Positions 9,947-24,095 of a stretch of DNA of 64,000 bases are shown piece after piece. A program made the position numbers and the translations under genes. Each line of letters starts with the position of its first letter. The stretch's first letter is position 1. Origin of the DNA: the human T2T-CHM13v2.0 reference genome, Homo sapiens; the NCBI RefSeq assembly GCF_009914755.1, contig NC_060926.1. One strand, given 5' to 3'. The notes under the pieces were generated by a model. It was not told the DNA's origin, searched no databases, and saw nothing but the letters and a program-made list of their open reading frames with translations.

Positions 9947-12813
9947 CACAGTAATAATTTTTGCAAGCAAGGTTTGATAGTAGATACTACAGTGAAAGCA
10001 CAGCATATATGCATCATCCTCAAGTAAAATAGAAACCTTATAGTGGAGAGACCTGGCAGTTATCCCTTAAACCAGTGATTCAGATTAACATCAGTAATAA
10101 GGCATATTAATGTTTTTAACCCCTAATATGACTCACCGAAAAGAAAATATCACTTCTGTGGTATTCTCAAGAAAAATGTGTAACACAATTTTATCATTAG
10201 AAAACATCAAACTGGTAGCAAACCCAAATTGAGGGGCATTAAATAAAGTAATTTACCAATTTTTCAAAAGTGTCTAAATCATAAAAGGGAAAACTGAGAA
10301 GCTGTCACAGGTAGAAGGAGACTAAGCAGGCATAGAAGTAAATGCAATGTGAAATACCGAATTGAATCCTGAAACAGAAGAACGATATTAATGGAAAAAA
10401 CTGTAAAATTCAAAGAAAGTCTAGTTTACTTATTAGTTTCATAATGTTAATTTCTTAGATTTGATGTATTTTTATGGTTATATGTTAACATTACAGAAAG
10501 ATATTATAAGTTAATGGGAAATGGGAAATTTTCTGAAGTATTTTTAGACAAATCTGTATTATGTGATCATTAAAAATCATATTGGCAAAAATACATAATA
10601 TATTAGATATAAACTTTTAACCTTTAGGGAAATGATCATAATATATATCCAATTATATATACCAAATGGGAGAAAAATGACTAAAAAGACAGATATCAAA
10701 CTCAAATATTTTCTCTATGAGTATGTATTTCTTTCAAATTAGAGGAATATTTTAACACAGTATAAACCAACTGTGTTTAACTCCATTTATTATTTGATCA
10801 GCTTAACTGAAGATACTGTGGCATTAAAATAAAATAAAATTTAAATTGCCTATTTCCAAATTGGTTTATGTAACATGGTACCTTTTGTTGCTGCTGTTGT
10901 TTTGTTCTGTTTTTTGTTGTTGTTTGTTTTCTCGTGTGTGTGCGTGCGCGCGTGCGTTTTTGGTAAGAACTGAATACACTCCTTTTTCTTGTATTGATCT
11001 GCATTTGTAAGAAAAGCAGTGAAAGAATAAGTATACTGAGGCCCTGCTAGTTAAGGTTTTCAGTGCTCTGCTTCATTGAATGGAAGTCTTCACTATTTTT
11101 ATTCACATATATATTAATTCAGTCATTTTTTTCTTTACTGTGGGTTTATTAGGAAACTTCTCTATAATTGGGCTTATACGATATACACAGATTTCCATTT
11201 TCCAGAAAGTAAGTCAGACGGATGGTGACTGGTAATTGACATCCCTGTGTGACTTCATACCCATCAAATTAAACCAAATTTGGCAGTTGATGGGATGTGG
11301 CTACTAAAGACCTCAATGTTTGCATTTACATAGTTTTGTCACTGATAGCTTTAATGGTCCTTGATAGCCCAAAAGTATGGTTGGCATTACATTTTTGTTT
11401 CTTTTCCAATTTCAAATCAAAGCAATGTTTTCTCTGTAGGGTATAAACTTTAGTTACTTTACCTTTAATGATAACATATTTTTATTTATTTGCCCACAGA
11501 AAAATCTCAAATTTCCAATTTATTTTTATCTTTATCTAGGCACTCTAATTCCAACACTAAGCCTTTGGGTGGCTTTTCCCAATGCAATGCTTATCAAGTT
11601 GTCATTGAATTATAAAATATGCTGCTATGTGCTATGAAATGTTCTCCTGAAAGAACAATTGTGATGCATTAGCTAACAAAAATCTTTGTTACCTCACAAA
11701 GGAGAATTCGACAGTTCTTCACTGGTACTTCATGCCTAAGAAAAATATGCAAATAAGAAAGCAAACTTTTGGAGGAGGGATGTGCATGCACATTAGTTGA
11801 CAATGCTTTTTTAAAATATTTCTAATCTATCAAGAGTAAAAAGTTAGAATATATTTTTCATTTTAAATCTCTAGAGGTTTTCAATTAATATTACAAGGAT
11901 TGAATTTAATTCATTACACATCTACTATAGAAGAAATATGACTTGTATTCTTAAAGAGTTTTAGAAATAAGGACTGCAAATTTATAAATGGACTCATTTT
12001 TAAACCTCACCAGAATGCTTCATTCCTTCAGATTTCTAAATCACCAAAATAATATATTAAACTTTACATTACTGGGAAATAGTATGCATATTTTATTTAA
12101 AAAGCAATGCTCACACGAATGGTGGCTTTGTATTAATTCTCTCATAAAAAATCTTCAGGATAAATTAAAGATAATTGAGAAATATTGGCAATGTGGAGTT
12201 AAAGAAACCTCGATTTTAAAAAAGTCTAAAGGAAACAAAGATGATGGCAACAAACAGAAGATAGACATTTGAATATTTACCACTTCAAGTGAAATGTAGC
12301 TACACTGACAACATTTAGACCCCTTTAATATTCCCTTTAACTATAGTTGTCTTAAAAATTACCTCTACCTACACTGGGACCCATATCAGGTAATGAACTA
12401 TCATAAGTGGGAGGCAAAGACTTAACAACTGGCTGTATTTGTGATAAAGCCTGAATGACAACACTCTTATTTGTCATTTTCTTGTATTACTTCATTCTCA
12501 CTACTTCATTTCCATTACTCCCTCAATTAAAGATATTGGTTAAAGATATTATGAAAAGAACATGTTTTTGATTTGCTTTTCATTTGGGTCAGGGAAAAAT
12601 TATATTACCTGTGAAAATTTGTGGAAAGAATGAAGACTTCTTAAATATCTTAATAATTTAGCATCAACTTAGGATATTCTAAAACACTGGCAGGGGGGAA
12701 GGGAGATGATTTGAAGCATTACTTACATAACATTTCAAAAAGCTCAAACCATATAAATGCATTGCTCAAGAAACTGAGAATCTTAATACAACTTGTTTTT
12801 TCCTTCAGGTTAT

Positions 12814-13030
12814 TTAAAATTGAATCACATGGTCTTCACAATGTATAAGAAAACAAAATTAATATAGTTATAACAGTCTGAATATTTTCTTCTTAGAGGT
12901 ATGTTTTCCATCCTCTCTGCCAAAGGAAAAAAATAGCCAATTTAAAATAAAATGGAGCATTGGAAACACAGCAAAGGAATTCTCTGTCACACTTCCTGCT
13001 AGTTTCAAGCTATTTTCATTGTACTTGGCT
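12814..13030 (+). repeat. Local duplication, copy 1 (about 215 bp; copy 2 at 15547-15762)
   Basis: ttaaaattgaatcacatggtctt...caagctattttcattgtacttggct aligns colinearly with 15547-15762. Confidence 0.93.
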
Positions 13031-13183
13031 CATCTTGAGTATTTTCAGCCAAAATGTTATTCAGGCTCCCTGAAGTACATTTCCTGGGGGTGGGGAGCAG
13101 ATTTTTTATCATTGTATAATAGCATTTAATATATCAAAATGACATTTGAAAATGTCAAGAGGATGTAAGTTTGAGTATGTGTT

Positions 13184-13230
13184 TGTGTGTGTGTGTGTGT
13201 GTCTCTCTCTCTCACACACACACACACACA
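13184..13230. repeat. Compound microsatellite (TG)n(TC)n(CA)n
   Basis: Directly visible. Confidence 0.95.
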
Positions 13231-14124
13231 TTCAGATGTCAAAGCCCCAAATCTTTGAATTCTTCAAAAGTTACTCAATATTTTTAAAAAAGTATTACTG
13301 CGAAGTTTCAGTAACTTAAATAAAGTTTAAACAGCTCATATTGCGCTAATAATTTAGAAACATGGTTCATTTGGTGATGGTAGAGGTGTTTTTTTGTTTT
13401 TTTTTTGAGTTTTTTAACCAGTGCTGTATTTCATCTCCTGTTTCAGGAAAGAGACAGAGAGAACACACACAACAGAATCTAGAAAATCTGACTTCTGGTC
13501 TCTACTTATATATTCTTTAAATGAATATATATTATAGTAAATGTATTTATTGTTTAAGTGTTCTATTGTGCAATTACTGTATTCCAGGTACTATGTATAT
13601 CACAAAGGTAATACAATAGAATCTAACATAATTTACAGAAGAAACAACATTTTGATTATTCACTAAAGTGTTAGTAAAATAAATAATACTTTTAAACCTG
13701 TATCTTTTCTTATAAACTATTCTAGATATAGCGATAAGCCCTTCCTTAAATAGCCTCCACTTAGCTTTTCCATATTATAAATAATGCAACAGCAATAGTT
13801 ATTATAATTAGCTCAAAGATTATATATTTACTATAATAAAAACTATACATTATTAAATTATTATTATTTCAATTTTGCAGTCATTGGCCAAAACACCCTA
13901 GAGTCTCTTCCTGATCAAGAACAAAAACAAAACCAAGAAACAACCCCACCAAATCCACATATGTCTTCCAGAGATTTTATTTTATTAACTGGCACAATTA
14001 CCTACTGAATTGCCAAAGTAGAAACCTTGAAAGAAATTCCTCCTCCTTTTGTTTGTAGAATTTGAAATCTGCATTTTTCCATGGAGTATAATTGTTTACA
14101 TTTTTGCTTTCATTTACCTCAGGA

Positions 14125-14335
14125 GCCAGCAAAATTCACTGGTTAGGAGCGTGGGCTGTGGAGCCAAGCTACTTGGTTTGCTAGCACAGCTTCTCGACTT
14201 CTGTTGTGTGACTTCAGACATGTTATCATGGAACTGTTGACTTATTTAAAAGACTAAGTTAAAAAAATTATATCTACTTCATTAAGCATTAAGTGACAAT
14301 ACATCGTACATGGTGCTCAGTATCTATTAGTATCT
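14125..14335 (+). mobile_element. MIR SINE
   Basis: tggttaggagcgtgggctgtggagcca..tgtgtgacttcagacatgtta resembles the MIR 5' part and core. Confidence 0.65.
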
Positions 14336-14589
14336 ATTCTCTTTGGCTTGTTTTTTTGATAATTCTACCACTTTCATCCCATCTATTTTCTATTGTTTAG
14401 TAATTATTCAATTCTTAAACTTCTTTGTATGATAATGATTTTTTTTATTTTCCAGCAATAATATGGTTCTTTCAATCATATTTGGACATACGCTATCAGT
14501 GTGCAATTTTGAACTAAATATCACTTCTAAACAGTCTTACAGCTTCTTGAATTTCTCCTTCTATCTGTTCTATCACTTTGTGTGTATCA

Positions 14590-14720
14590 CTTGTTTTCCT
14601 AAATTTGCATTGTAAGATGGCAGGACCCATGCTTGTCTTCTTCCATGGCTCCAGTATCTAAGTAAGAATCTTGTATATAATAAGCATTCACTGAAATTAA
14701 ATTAAATTAATTAACTAATA
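14590..14720 (+). mobile_element. L2 3' end fragment
   Basis: ggcaggacccatgcttgtcttc..ccagtatcta..taataagcattca followed by a short repeat tail. Confidence 0.55.
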
Positions 14721-15188
14721 TATTAAGAATAAAAGAGAGCAAGAATTAATATACATACCTCATCCTCAACCAGAAAAATGATCTCTGGGGAAATGACAGT
14801 CCATCACAACTTTCCTTTGATAATGAATGTTAGATGCCCTTAAAGGATAAAAGAAAGGAGCATTTAGAAACACCATCGTAGTTACTTTGTATTCATTTCT
14901 TTATTTATTCCAATCAACTGACTCATGAGATAGATTTCTTTATCTTCCTGTTTTCGGATGAGGCAAATTAGGCTCAAAGAGATTGTAAGACATCAGCGGT
15001 GACTGAGGAAACCTGTATATCAAGCGGTTCTTATGTAACCAATTCACTACCCATGGTGGTGATTCCAGTCAAAGGGAGCTTCCTGGGTTTTCAAGGCATC
15101 TCCAAGGAGCATCATCATCGGATCTATCAGAGAAAGACTACCCTTAACCCTTTTCTTGTCTTAAAATGTGTCACAATATGGCTTTAAC

Positions 15189-15903
15189 TGTGGAAATAGA
15201 TGAAGACCACCCAAATGAGAACAAGCAAAGGCAGGTTTTTTTTTTTTTTTCTTGGAGTTTACTATAGCAAGAGAAACAGTTATCATCACTTGCATTTTAC
15301 AGAGACTTAGGCAGACTGAGGGTTGGGAAAGCTTTGTAGTAGAAAAACCAGAAGGTTTTAGGTATGCCCTTTTCGGAGGCTGTTGGCATGGGAATGCTGG
15401 AGGTGGTCTAACTAGAAGTGGGGAAGCATATGCGATTAAGAGTGCATTATTTTGCTTTCTCCAGTTGGTCCTAAGTGGGAAGCAGCTGCAAAGAATGGGA
15501 AAGCCATCAGTTATTAATCAAGTTCTGGTCATTTTGAGCCAATTGCTTAAAATGGAATCACATGGTCTTTACAATGTGTAAGAATACAAAATTAATATAG
15601 TTATAATAGTCTGAATATTTTCTTCTTAGGAGGTATGTTTTCCATCCTCTCTACCAAGGAAAAATTAATCAAAAACTTTTAGAAATAGAGCATTAGAAAT
15701 ACAGAAAAAAAATTCTCATTATACTTCCTGCTGGAAGCAAGCTATTTTAATTATACTTAGCTACAGGGGGTATTGTTTGACTTCCTAGAGTGGTTGCAAC
15801 AGATAGTAGGTTGGCTTTCTTGGCTGATTGCTGCAGGTTGTGAGCCAGACTTCTATTTTTATTTATACCCTGACTCTTGTTCATGTATATATCCAGTCTT
15901 TAT
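15189..15903 (-). mobile_element. ERV1-class solo LTR (MER89/MER90-like; subfamily uncertain), interrupted at 15547-15762
   Basis: tgtggaaatagatgaagaccacccaaatgagaacaagcaaaggc...; LTR-like sequence resumes at acagggggtattgtttgacttcc after the insert. Confidence 0.65.
15547..15762 (+). repeat. Local duplication, copy 2, inserted inside the LTR
   Basis: Colinear diverged match to 12814-13030. Confidence 0.93.
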
Positions 15904-18900
15904 ACATATTAGTATAAAGCAAATAACAAATAAGAGTTACCAGAACATAGCACTACACTTCTCAACTAACATGAATAATGGAGTGACATATACTAACCAT
16001 ACAAAGAGAAAATTTTAAATGGCATATTGTATTAGTCTCATGTTTAAAAAGCATGGCAAAGGTTTGACTCTGTATTATCAAGTAAATAAATGAGGGTACC
16101 AAACAGAAAAATGTGGCTTACCATGATGAAAATTATAGAAATTAGAAAGATGTACTAGTCTGATGCAAGCAAGTCCACTTACTCTATTAAAAATAAGCAT
16201 AAACAAGTCCATCACCTTGATGAGTTGAAACCCAGTTATTGGTGTTTTGGGTACTAGGGGTCTGAAAAATCTGTTATCATAACATGTAGTCAGAAACATT
16301 AGAAGGTGGCAATAACTCGGAGATAATAGTCAAAACAGAGGTGAGACAATTAAGGAGAAAGGTCAGTGGTTAGAGATGAATAAAAGCAATCCAGGAGGTC
16401 GACGCAGTTAACAGGAAGCAACCTCTGATCAGTGATAGGAATAGTGGTTTGTAGGACATCCCAATAGATGAGGACCAGGCACTGCTGAAGTACACGGTCA
16501 CATTTCATCTAGAAATGTAGAGTTCAGCCTTATGAGATGAAAAATCAGTAGTAGCTCAAATGTGGCACACTGGAAGGGTGAGATAAGGTAATAAAATGTA
16601 GTTAAAAGTCTAAAATAATAACCGCAGGAGCAGCCGCTGCTGACAATGATAATCCTTCCCCCATTTTTGACATATCAAAATGGTGGCAGTGTTCCTAACT
16701 GAAATCCTAGCGCTTCTGGCTTACCCATCAGCTAGTCATTTGCCTTTAAGTAAGTTGTTATTTTCTGTCTCTTGGTAAAATAAAAGTGACACTAAATCAT
16801 CTCTATCCTTTCCTGATTCAACAGAGCAGCCAGAGTCACTCCTATCTCCATTGCTTACATGAGTGAGAGATGTGAGTATTGCCCAGTGGAACAGATGAGA
16901 AGTAATCACAGATATTATTGCAAAAATCAGAAAGTCAAAGAACAACAGAACTCATTTGACTGTATGGGGCCTAAGAACTTACCAGTGAGAGAGAAATGCA
17001 CAGCACAGTATCATATTTAAATACAATGAGCTAGCAAAAAAAGTGTGTGTTATTGGGTCTCGTTATTCCTTTCCTCTTTTGTTCTAACTAGAAACCAGTA
17101 CTTCCGAGCCATGGTGAAGATACACATGGTGAAGTTGCACATGACTGAGACTGGCTATGTGAACAGCAGACAATTTTTTTTCAGGCAGTTCTTGTCAGGA
17201 TGGAATTTTAAGGCAGCATTCCCATAAATTCTGTAACTCTAAGTAAGAGATTTTTGCATAATGTGGAACTTGAAAACAAGACATCTTTTCTTTAAGTCTA
17301 AAAATGATATTTTCTATGAATCCTTGATTTCCAAAGGGACTGTTAGAGCAGAAGAGTCCTTTTTATGATATCTTCATTTTGCATGAAATCACACTGAATA
17401 AACATATATCAGTCAGAATAAGAACAGTAAAAAAGTAATTACTTCCACATCTTTCCTCTGAGGCTAACACAGAGAAGAGTAAATTGTCTAACAATGGACA
17501 AATCATAGCTGGTTTTTAACATTTTAGATTGCTTTGGGGAAGCGATACACTTTATATTCAAGTTTTCAGTGGCATAGTATTATTTATTAATGATGAATTT
17601 ATTAATCAAATCTTCAGAACATTATTTAAGCCATTGTTAATAGCTGTTTAGTGGTAAAACTATTGCATAGCACTTAAAATCCAAATTAATTTGGCCCAGG
17701 AACTGAACAACTGATTAATAAAATATAGCAATTATTTCTATTGTCAATTCACTGAAAAAGTTATGATTATTTTGATGTCACACATTGTTTTTAGTGTAGT
17801 GTCAGTAACGTACAAAATGCTGGATTTGCATACACATGAATGCAAGTTATATACACATGTGTATACATAAAATGTATTTGTACATAAATGTACGTGTTAG
17901 CATACAGGAATAAAAATTATAGCTGTTATTGAATGCTGGGTAACTGGATCTCACCAAAAAATCACAGTAATATTTTATATTTGCTTTTTTCAACAAAATA
18001 TACAAAAAAGTTCTATAAAATAGTCAAGATTTTATAGTTCTATACTAAGACATAAAAACAATAAATTTTAAAAATTATTTAATGCAATAGTGGAATAAAT
18101 TTTAATTATAAAATCAATGTTAAAATATAAAATGATTATTAACTCTTAAGTGAAAGTATACAGAATGGTATTATACTAGAATTGTTTCCATTAAAAAGGG
18201 GCTTTTTCACTGTTCTGGCTTCTAATGCCTGAAGTTAGAGTTAGCCACAGGCCTTCCACATGAGTCCTCAGAAGATATCATGGAAGTAGAGAATGACATG
18301 AATATTTGTTGTATTTAGTATAAAAAATAAATTAGCAGCACTGTGAAGAAGAAGATCAAGATTATGGGTTCTACAAAGGGCCCTACCTCAAGGCAGCCAC
18401 GTTGGAGAAGGAGGATACATGAAGAATGGAAAGAAACGGTAGTGAGAGTTCTACAACTCTGCCGTGGCGGCGCCATTAGAGTTGGGCAGGCACAGGAAGA
18501 GATACAGTATCCAGCAGCAAAGCAATGAGGTTCAGGACCTTTTCTGACTGAGAAGGGAAACTGTTTTTAGAGAAATGCACTCTCTCTGTGGTTCTGGGAT
18601 TATCCAAAGCAGGGAGAAAGCAGAGACTGAGTGAGATTGGACTACTCTCCCAATCCAGTTATTTATGGTTTGTGACAGATTTCATTTGATTTAAACAAAT
18701 CCAAGTTGATTTAGACAATTCAAGTATTGTGGATAATTTCATGCCTATTACACTAGAAGGCTGGAATTTTGACTGGATGTTTTCCTCTATTTATGAAACT
18801 TTTGTATAGTTTAAAAATTTGCTAGTGCTCCAATTTACTGAGTAACTGCTTGGGGTAGAACTATGTACACATAAGTGCTGCCCTCACCTATCCTTTCATA

Positions 18901-18939
18901 TAGGAAACATCTTCATTTCACTTAGGTTCAGAAAATGTT

Positions 18940-19485
18940 CTGACTGTCTATTGCTGCATAGCAAATTGCCCCACACAAACTGGCTTAAAAAACCACGTTG
19001 TTTTATTCTGTTAACTTCAGGAATTCAGAAAGAGCTGAACCAGGTCGTGATAATTTGGTTCTCTCATTCAGTTCCAACTCAATAATAGAGTAAGATATAT
19101 GGGACGATAGAGCAGCTGGGGACGTCTGGGCAAAACTCTCTTCTCCAGGAGTCTTAGAGTCTTTACCTGTGTTATTTCCATGTAGTCTCTCAGTGTTAAT
19201 TAATTTAGGCTTCCTCATAGCATGTCAACAGAAACATGTAATCAAACTCCTTGCATGGCAGCTAATATTTTTCAAGAGTGAGTATTCAAGCAAACAATGC
19301 AGAACCTGCAGTGCCTTTGTGTGACTTAGACTGAGAAGTCACATGGTGCTTTGCCAATGCTGCCATTCTCTGTTGCTCAAAAACATCGCAAAACTTGCCC
19401 GTTTTCAAGGGGGAGATGATACAGATAACTCCTGGTGATGGGAATAGTGTAAAGGAATCTGTGGATAGATTTTGGAAGTGCCACA
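18940..19485 (-). mobile_element. MLT1 (ERVL-MaLR) solo LTR
   Basis: tctattgctgcatagcaaattgcccca..ggcttaaaa at one end and gtaaaggaatctgtgga...gccaca at the other are MLT1 termini. Confidence 0.75.
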
Positions 19486-21383
19486 GAGAACACATGAAAC
19501 CCAGAAAGAGCAATTGGTGGACCCCGGGTCTGTAGAAACCAAGGGCTCTTCCAAGCCAAGCATTTGTTCATATCAATGTAATCAAGTGAGATCAGGAGAC
19601 TATCTGAAAAGTCTAAATGAAAACATCACTTCTTAGTAATGAGACCAATTGGAGCATTTTCCTTGTCTTATTAAGGTTTTTCAAAAACATTTGCCAACAA
19701 TAGTACCAGCTGTAGAAATAACACAGCATGACATAATGAAGTTTGGCTTTGTTTCCCAAAATAACATATTACAAATGCAATACTTATACTCTGAATTACA
19801 GGGTAATTTATCACCACTGTTAACATAAAAGGTCTCAAAATAGGCGTTCTTCTATTCTTGCCATTATCTAGTCCCTATTCTTTCCAGTTGTGCATTTGAT
19901 TTCCTACTTCTTTTCAGTTCCTTAAAGACAGAGCATTGGACTCATTCCTTTGTATTCTCTGCCTTTGTGATTAATGGTAGCTTAAGATAGTACACAGCCA
20001 CAATAAGTAATAGAATTTAATTTCACTATAAATTTTTAAATTGTAAAGGGATATAACAACAGAAGGCCCCCTTGGTGGGAGAGCAATGTCAAACAAATGA
20101 GTGATTTTTCCACAGTAATAAGTAACTCAGCGATGAGCATTTGTCGTTTCCTGTCAGAGGCGGGCTTGTGAGGCATCCAGGCATAATTTACAAACCTGCT
20201 GGTTCCTACCCATTGTTCACTGACTACTCCGTTAGTCTCTATCTGCCTGATAGAACAGAAAAATAACCTCAGCCTAGCCTCGTTATTCCCTTTCTAAACT
20301 ACCATGCATACAATTATCTGCACTGCAGGCTTCTCTTGAGACTCCGTTGGTTTTTCTTAGAGAGAAAGCATATGACAGTCATTTTTTTCATTTTTCTGCT
20401 TATAAACTTCATGGTTTCTTTTTTGCAACCTGTTATGCCTCCTTATATTTTAACCCTTGATTGTTTATTTTTGAGAATTGGATCACTAGGTTCAGAGTTG
20501 TCATCTTCAACATGCAAGCTATGCAAATTTTATTCAACTAATTAAAAACATAGTTAAGATGACATAGAAAATAAGGAAAATACAGTATCAGGCCATGTGA
20601 TAAAAGCATGCAAAATACTTTTTCTGTAACACGATGGCAATTATGCAAAAATGTGTAAATGTAATAGTAAAAAGTAATATTCAAATTTGGCACAGACTTT
20701 AAAATGATGGACACCAGTAGCACTATTACATTTTACAGATAAAGACTTATACAACTACAGTTAAGATTTTTCATAATGCCATAGCACAATGTTATGAATA
20801 AAAATAATTTACAATGAATATTTTATTTTTGTAGTGATTGATTGACTCATGGAAACATGACTGTATTTTAAGAAAAAGAAACTCAAGGTCAGAAATCCAA
20901 TTTATGATTAATGTCAACACTTTTGGTGTTGGGTAAGGTCACTGAGGATTGCATATCTGCAGAAATCAGTTAACTTTTCCGCCGTATGTGTTGTAGAGGA
21001 GGGGAGAGGAGAGGAACAACTGCACATTGCAATAGAAACAAAAAAGATGGAGAGAGTATGGGCACACAGCTGTGAAATCAGAACACTAGTGGGAATTTTG
21101 AGTAATAGCACCCTTTCCTACTCAGAAGTAACAATTTTAGGGCAAAGAAAAGGGGGCACAGCATTACTACATAAAGAACTTTGAGAAACACGTGAGACTC
21201 ACCCAAAGACAGATGACTAGTCACAGGCAAAATTGGAGAAGAGCTGGGAGATCTGACTCTTAGTGCCTTGAACATTCTGCTTTATCATTTTTGCTTCTTC
21301 GTTAGAGCCATCCCAACATCACATCCACTAGAAACAGGAAATGACAAACTGAGTAGACAACTCCGGAACACAAATAATTATTT

Positions 21384-21416
<33 letters not shown>

Positions 21417-21493
21417 CAGAGAGACAGAGAGAGAGAGAGAGAGAGACAGAGAGACAGAGAGAGAGAGAGAGAGACAGAAAAGAGAGAGAGAAA
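21384..21493. repeat. (CA)n followed by (GA)n/(GAGACAGA)n microsatellite
   Basis: Directly visible. Confidence 0.95.
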
Positions 21494-21952
21494 GATCTTT
21501 CAATTTTTCAATTTAAGGAGTTATTGTACATTTAATGGTAAGTGTATTTTGTAACAAATAATCCCAAACAGAAATACTGTGGCTAGATTTACACATCCAT
21601 TAATTAAACAATCATAGGCAGGGGATCAATTATGTTTGTTTCAGTATCTTTGTATCACCAGTATCTGTAATATATATTGATACATAGTAGGTGTTCAAGA
21701 CTCAATAACTAAAGAGTTGACTAGCATTTAGATTTATGCCTTGAACTCGCTGAATGTAGAATGATTTACAAAATAAATTGCCACTGCAGACAGAACCTAT
21801 GACACGTTTCTGAGTGATTTTTAATGTCAAGTGGCACTTGCCATCACAGTGCATCTCTCCTTGCTGTTTATTCAAATGCATAGTAAATGGCTTAGCCAAC
21901 CTGGATGAAATAGACTCAGAAACTGTCCAATTAAATTATGAAGGAGGCTTGG

Positions 21953-22819
<867 letters not shown>

Positions 22820-24027
22820 TGAGATCACAGACCTTTTCAACAGTACAGCAGTTCATCAGTACAACAGTTCAATAGTACATGATTTATGTATCAGATTGTA
22901 CTATATATGTACATGTACATGCAAACATATTATGTTAAAGACTCCTTTAAGATGATGTGCATTTTTGTGAGAAGTAATTGAAAATCTAACTAAATGTGAT
23001 GCTCCACACCAGAATGGATGCCAAGAATACTAAAAAAGAAAATGTTGGCAAATAAGAGAAGAAAGAGAGGCTTGTCACAAAGACAGAGGAAAAGGAGGCA
23101 TCTACATTAATGACCATAATAAAACAATCATATGCAATTACACACATGATGATATCTACCTCTGTTCCTATTCCACATCCTGGCAACTGGGTTTTGATGA
23201 GCATTAGTGGCCATCACATACACACCACCACCCTCTAATTAGTCCCACACACCAGAAGGAAGTAATAAAATACTTGTTTCCAATATTGACAACTACTTAC
23301 TGCACGTCTGCATGTCTTTGCATCAGTGTCTCACAGATTGATGGCATTTGTTGGCATGGCCCCTACCACTCATTTTTGTATGTGAGCTGCAAGTCTGCCA
23401 ACAACTATCATAAATACAGGATATCATCTACCTGTAAAACGTATACAATGCACATAGTTGACTAGATGAATTTTAAGTTTGAAATTTCCCTATGGTGCCC
23501 TAAGCAAACACAGAAGTAACTTTTAGAATTACCTGACTGCAATGCTCCTTTTAAATGCTTTGTCGCTGTGAAATGTCTGTAAGAGACTGGGTGCAGTGTT
23601 ACCAAGTTATAAAACTTTGTGATTCTGTTTCTGTGATAATGCAAGCAATATATTAACAACCTTAGCAAATATGCACATTTTTATTAGCAGTGAATATCTT
23701 CCCAGTATTTCCTGACAGAATTTGAGGAGTGAAATGTCTTTATCATTTCCATTTTACTGCTAAAATTTTGTTATTTACCATAGGGGTCCAGGCTACTGCT
23801 GAGTTTTACTCTGTAATTAGCGGTGTGTGAATCAGAACAAAAATCAAAGTCTCACTTATACAATATTGAATATTTCCTGCAACAGGAAGTTCACCAAATT
23901 AAAGGTCTCACCTTTCATCAAATACTCGAAAGAGACAATGTGTTCAGCTCATTTTGCTAAGCAAGATGAGAATATATGGTGAAAATGGAAGACTACCCAA
24001 AATATTTCATAATCTAATTCTGTCTAC

Positions 24028-24095
24028 CTAAGGGAAATTGAATAGGTCTAAGGGAAATTAATCTTACGAATAGGTCTAAGGGAGATTAATCTTAC
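24028..24095. repeat. Tandem duplication, 28-bp unit gaataggtctaaggga(a/g)attaatcttac x2 plus a partial copy
   Basis: Units at 24040-24067 and 24068-24095; partial ctaagggaaatt at 24028. Confidence 0.9.

Larger units (their letters stand above)
6770..10560 (+). mobile_element. Old, highly degenerate L1 (L1MC-like): ORF1 remnant, ORF2 remnant (about 7960-9800) and 3' UTR (about 10020-10560), with nested inserts
   Basis: A-rich ORF2-like segments (cagcatagatgcaaaaat, aaagccacagtaatgaagacagt, tgacaaaggtgccactgcaatacaatagggaaa); L1MC-type 3' UTR tatagtggagagacctggcag; no open frame. Confidence 0.75.
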
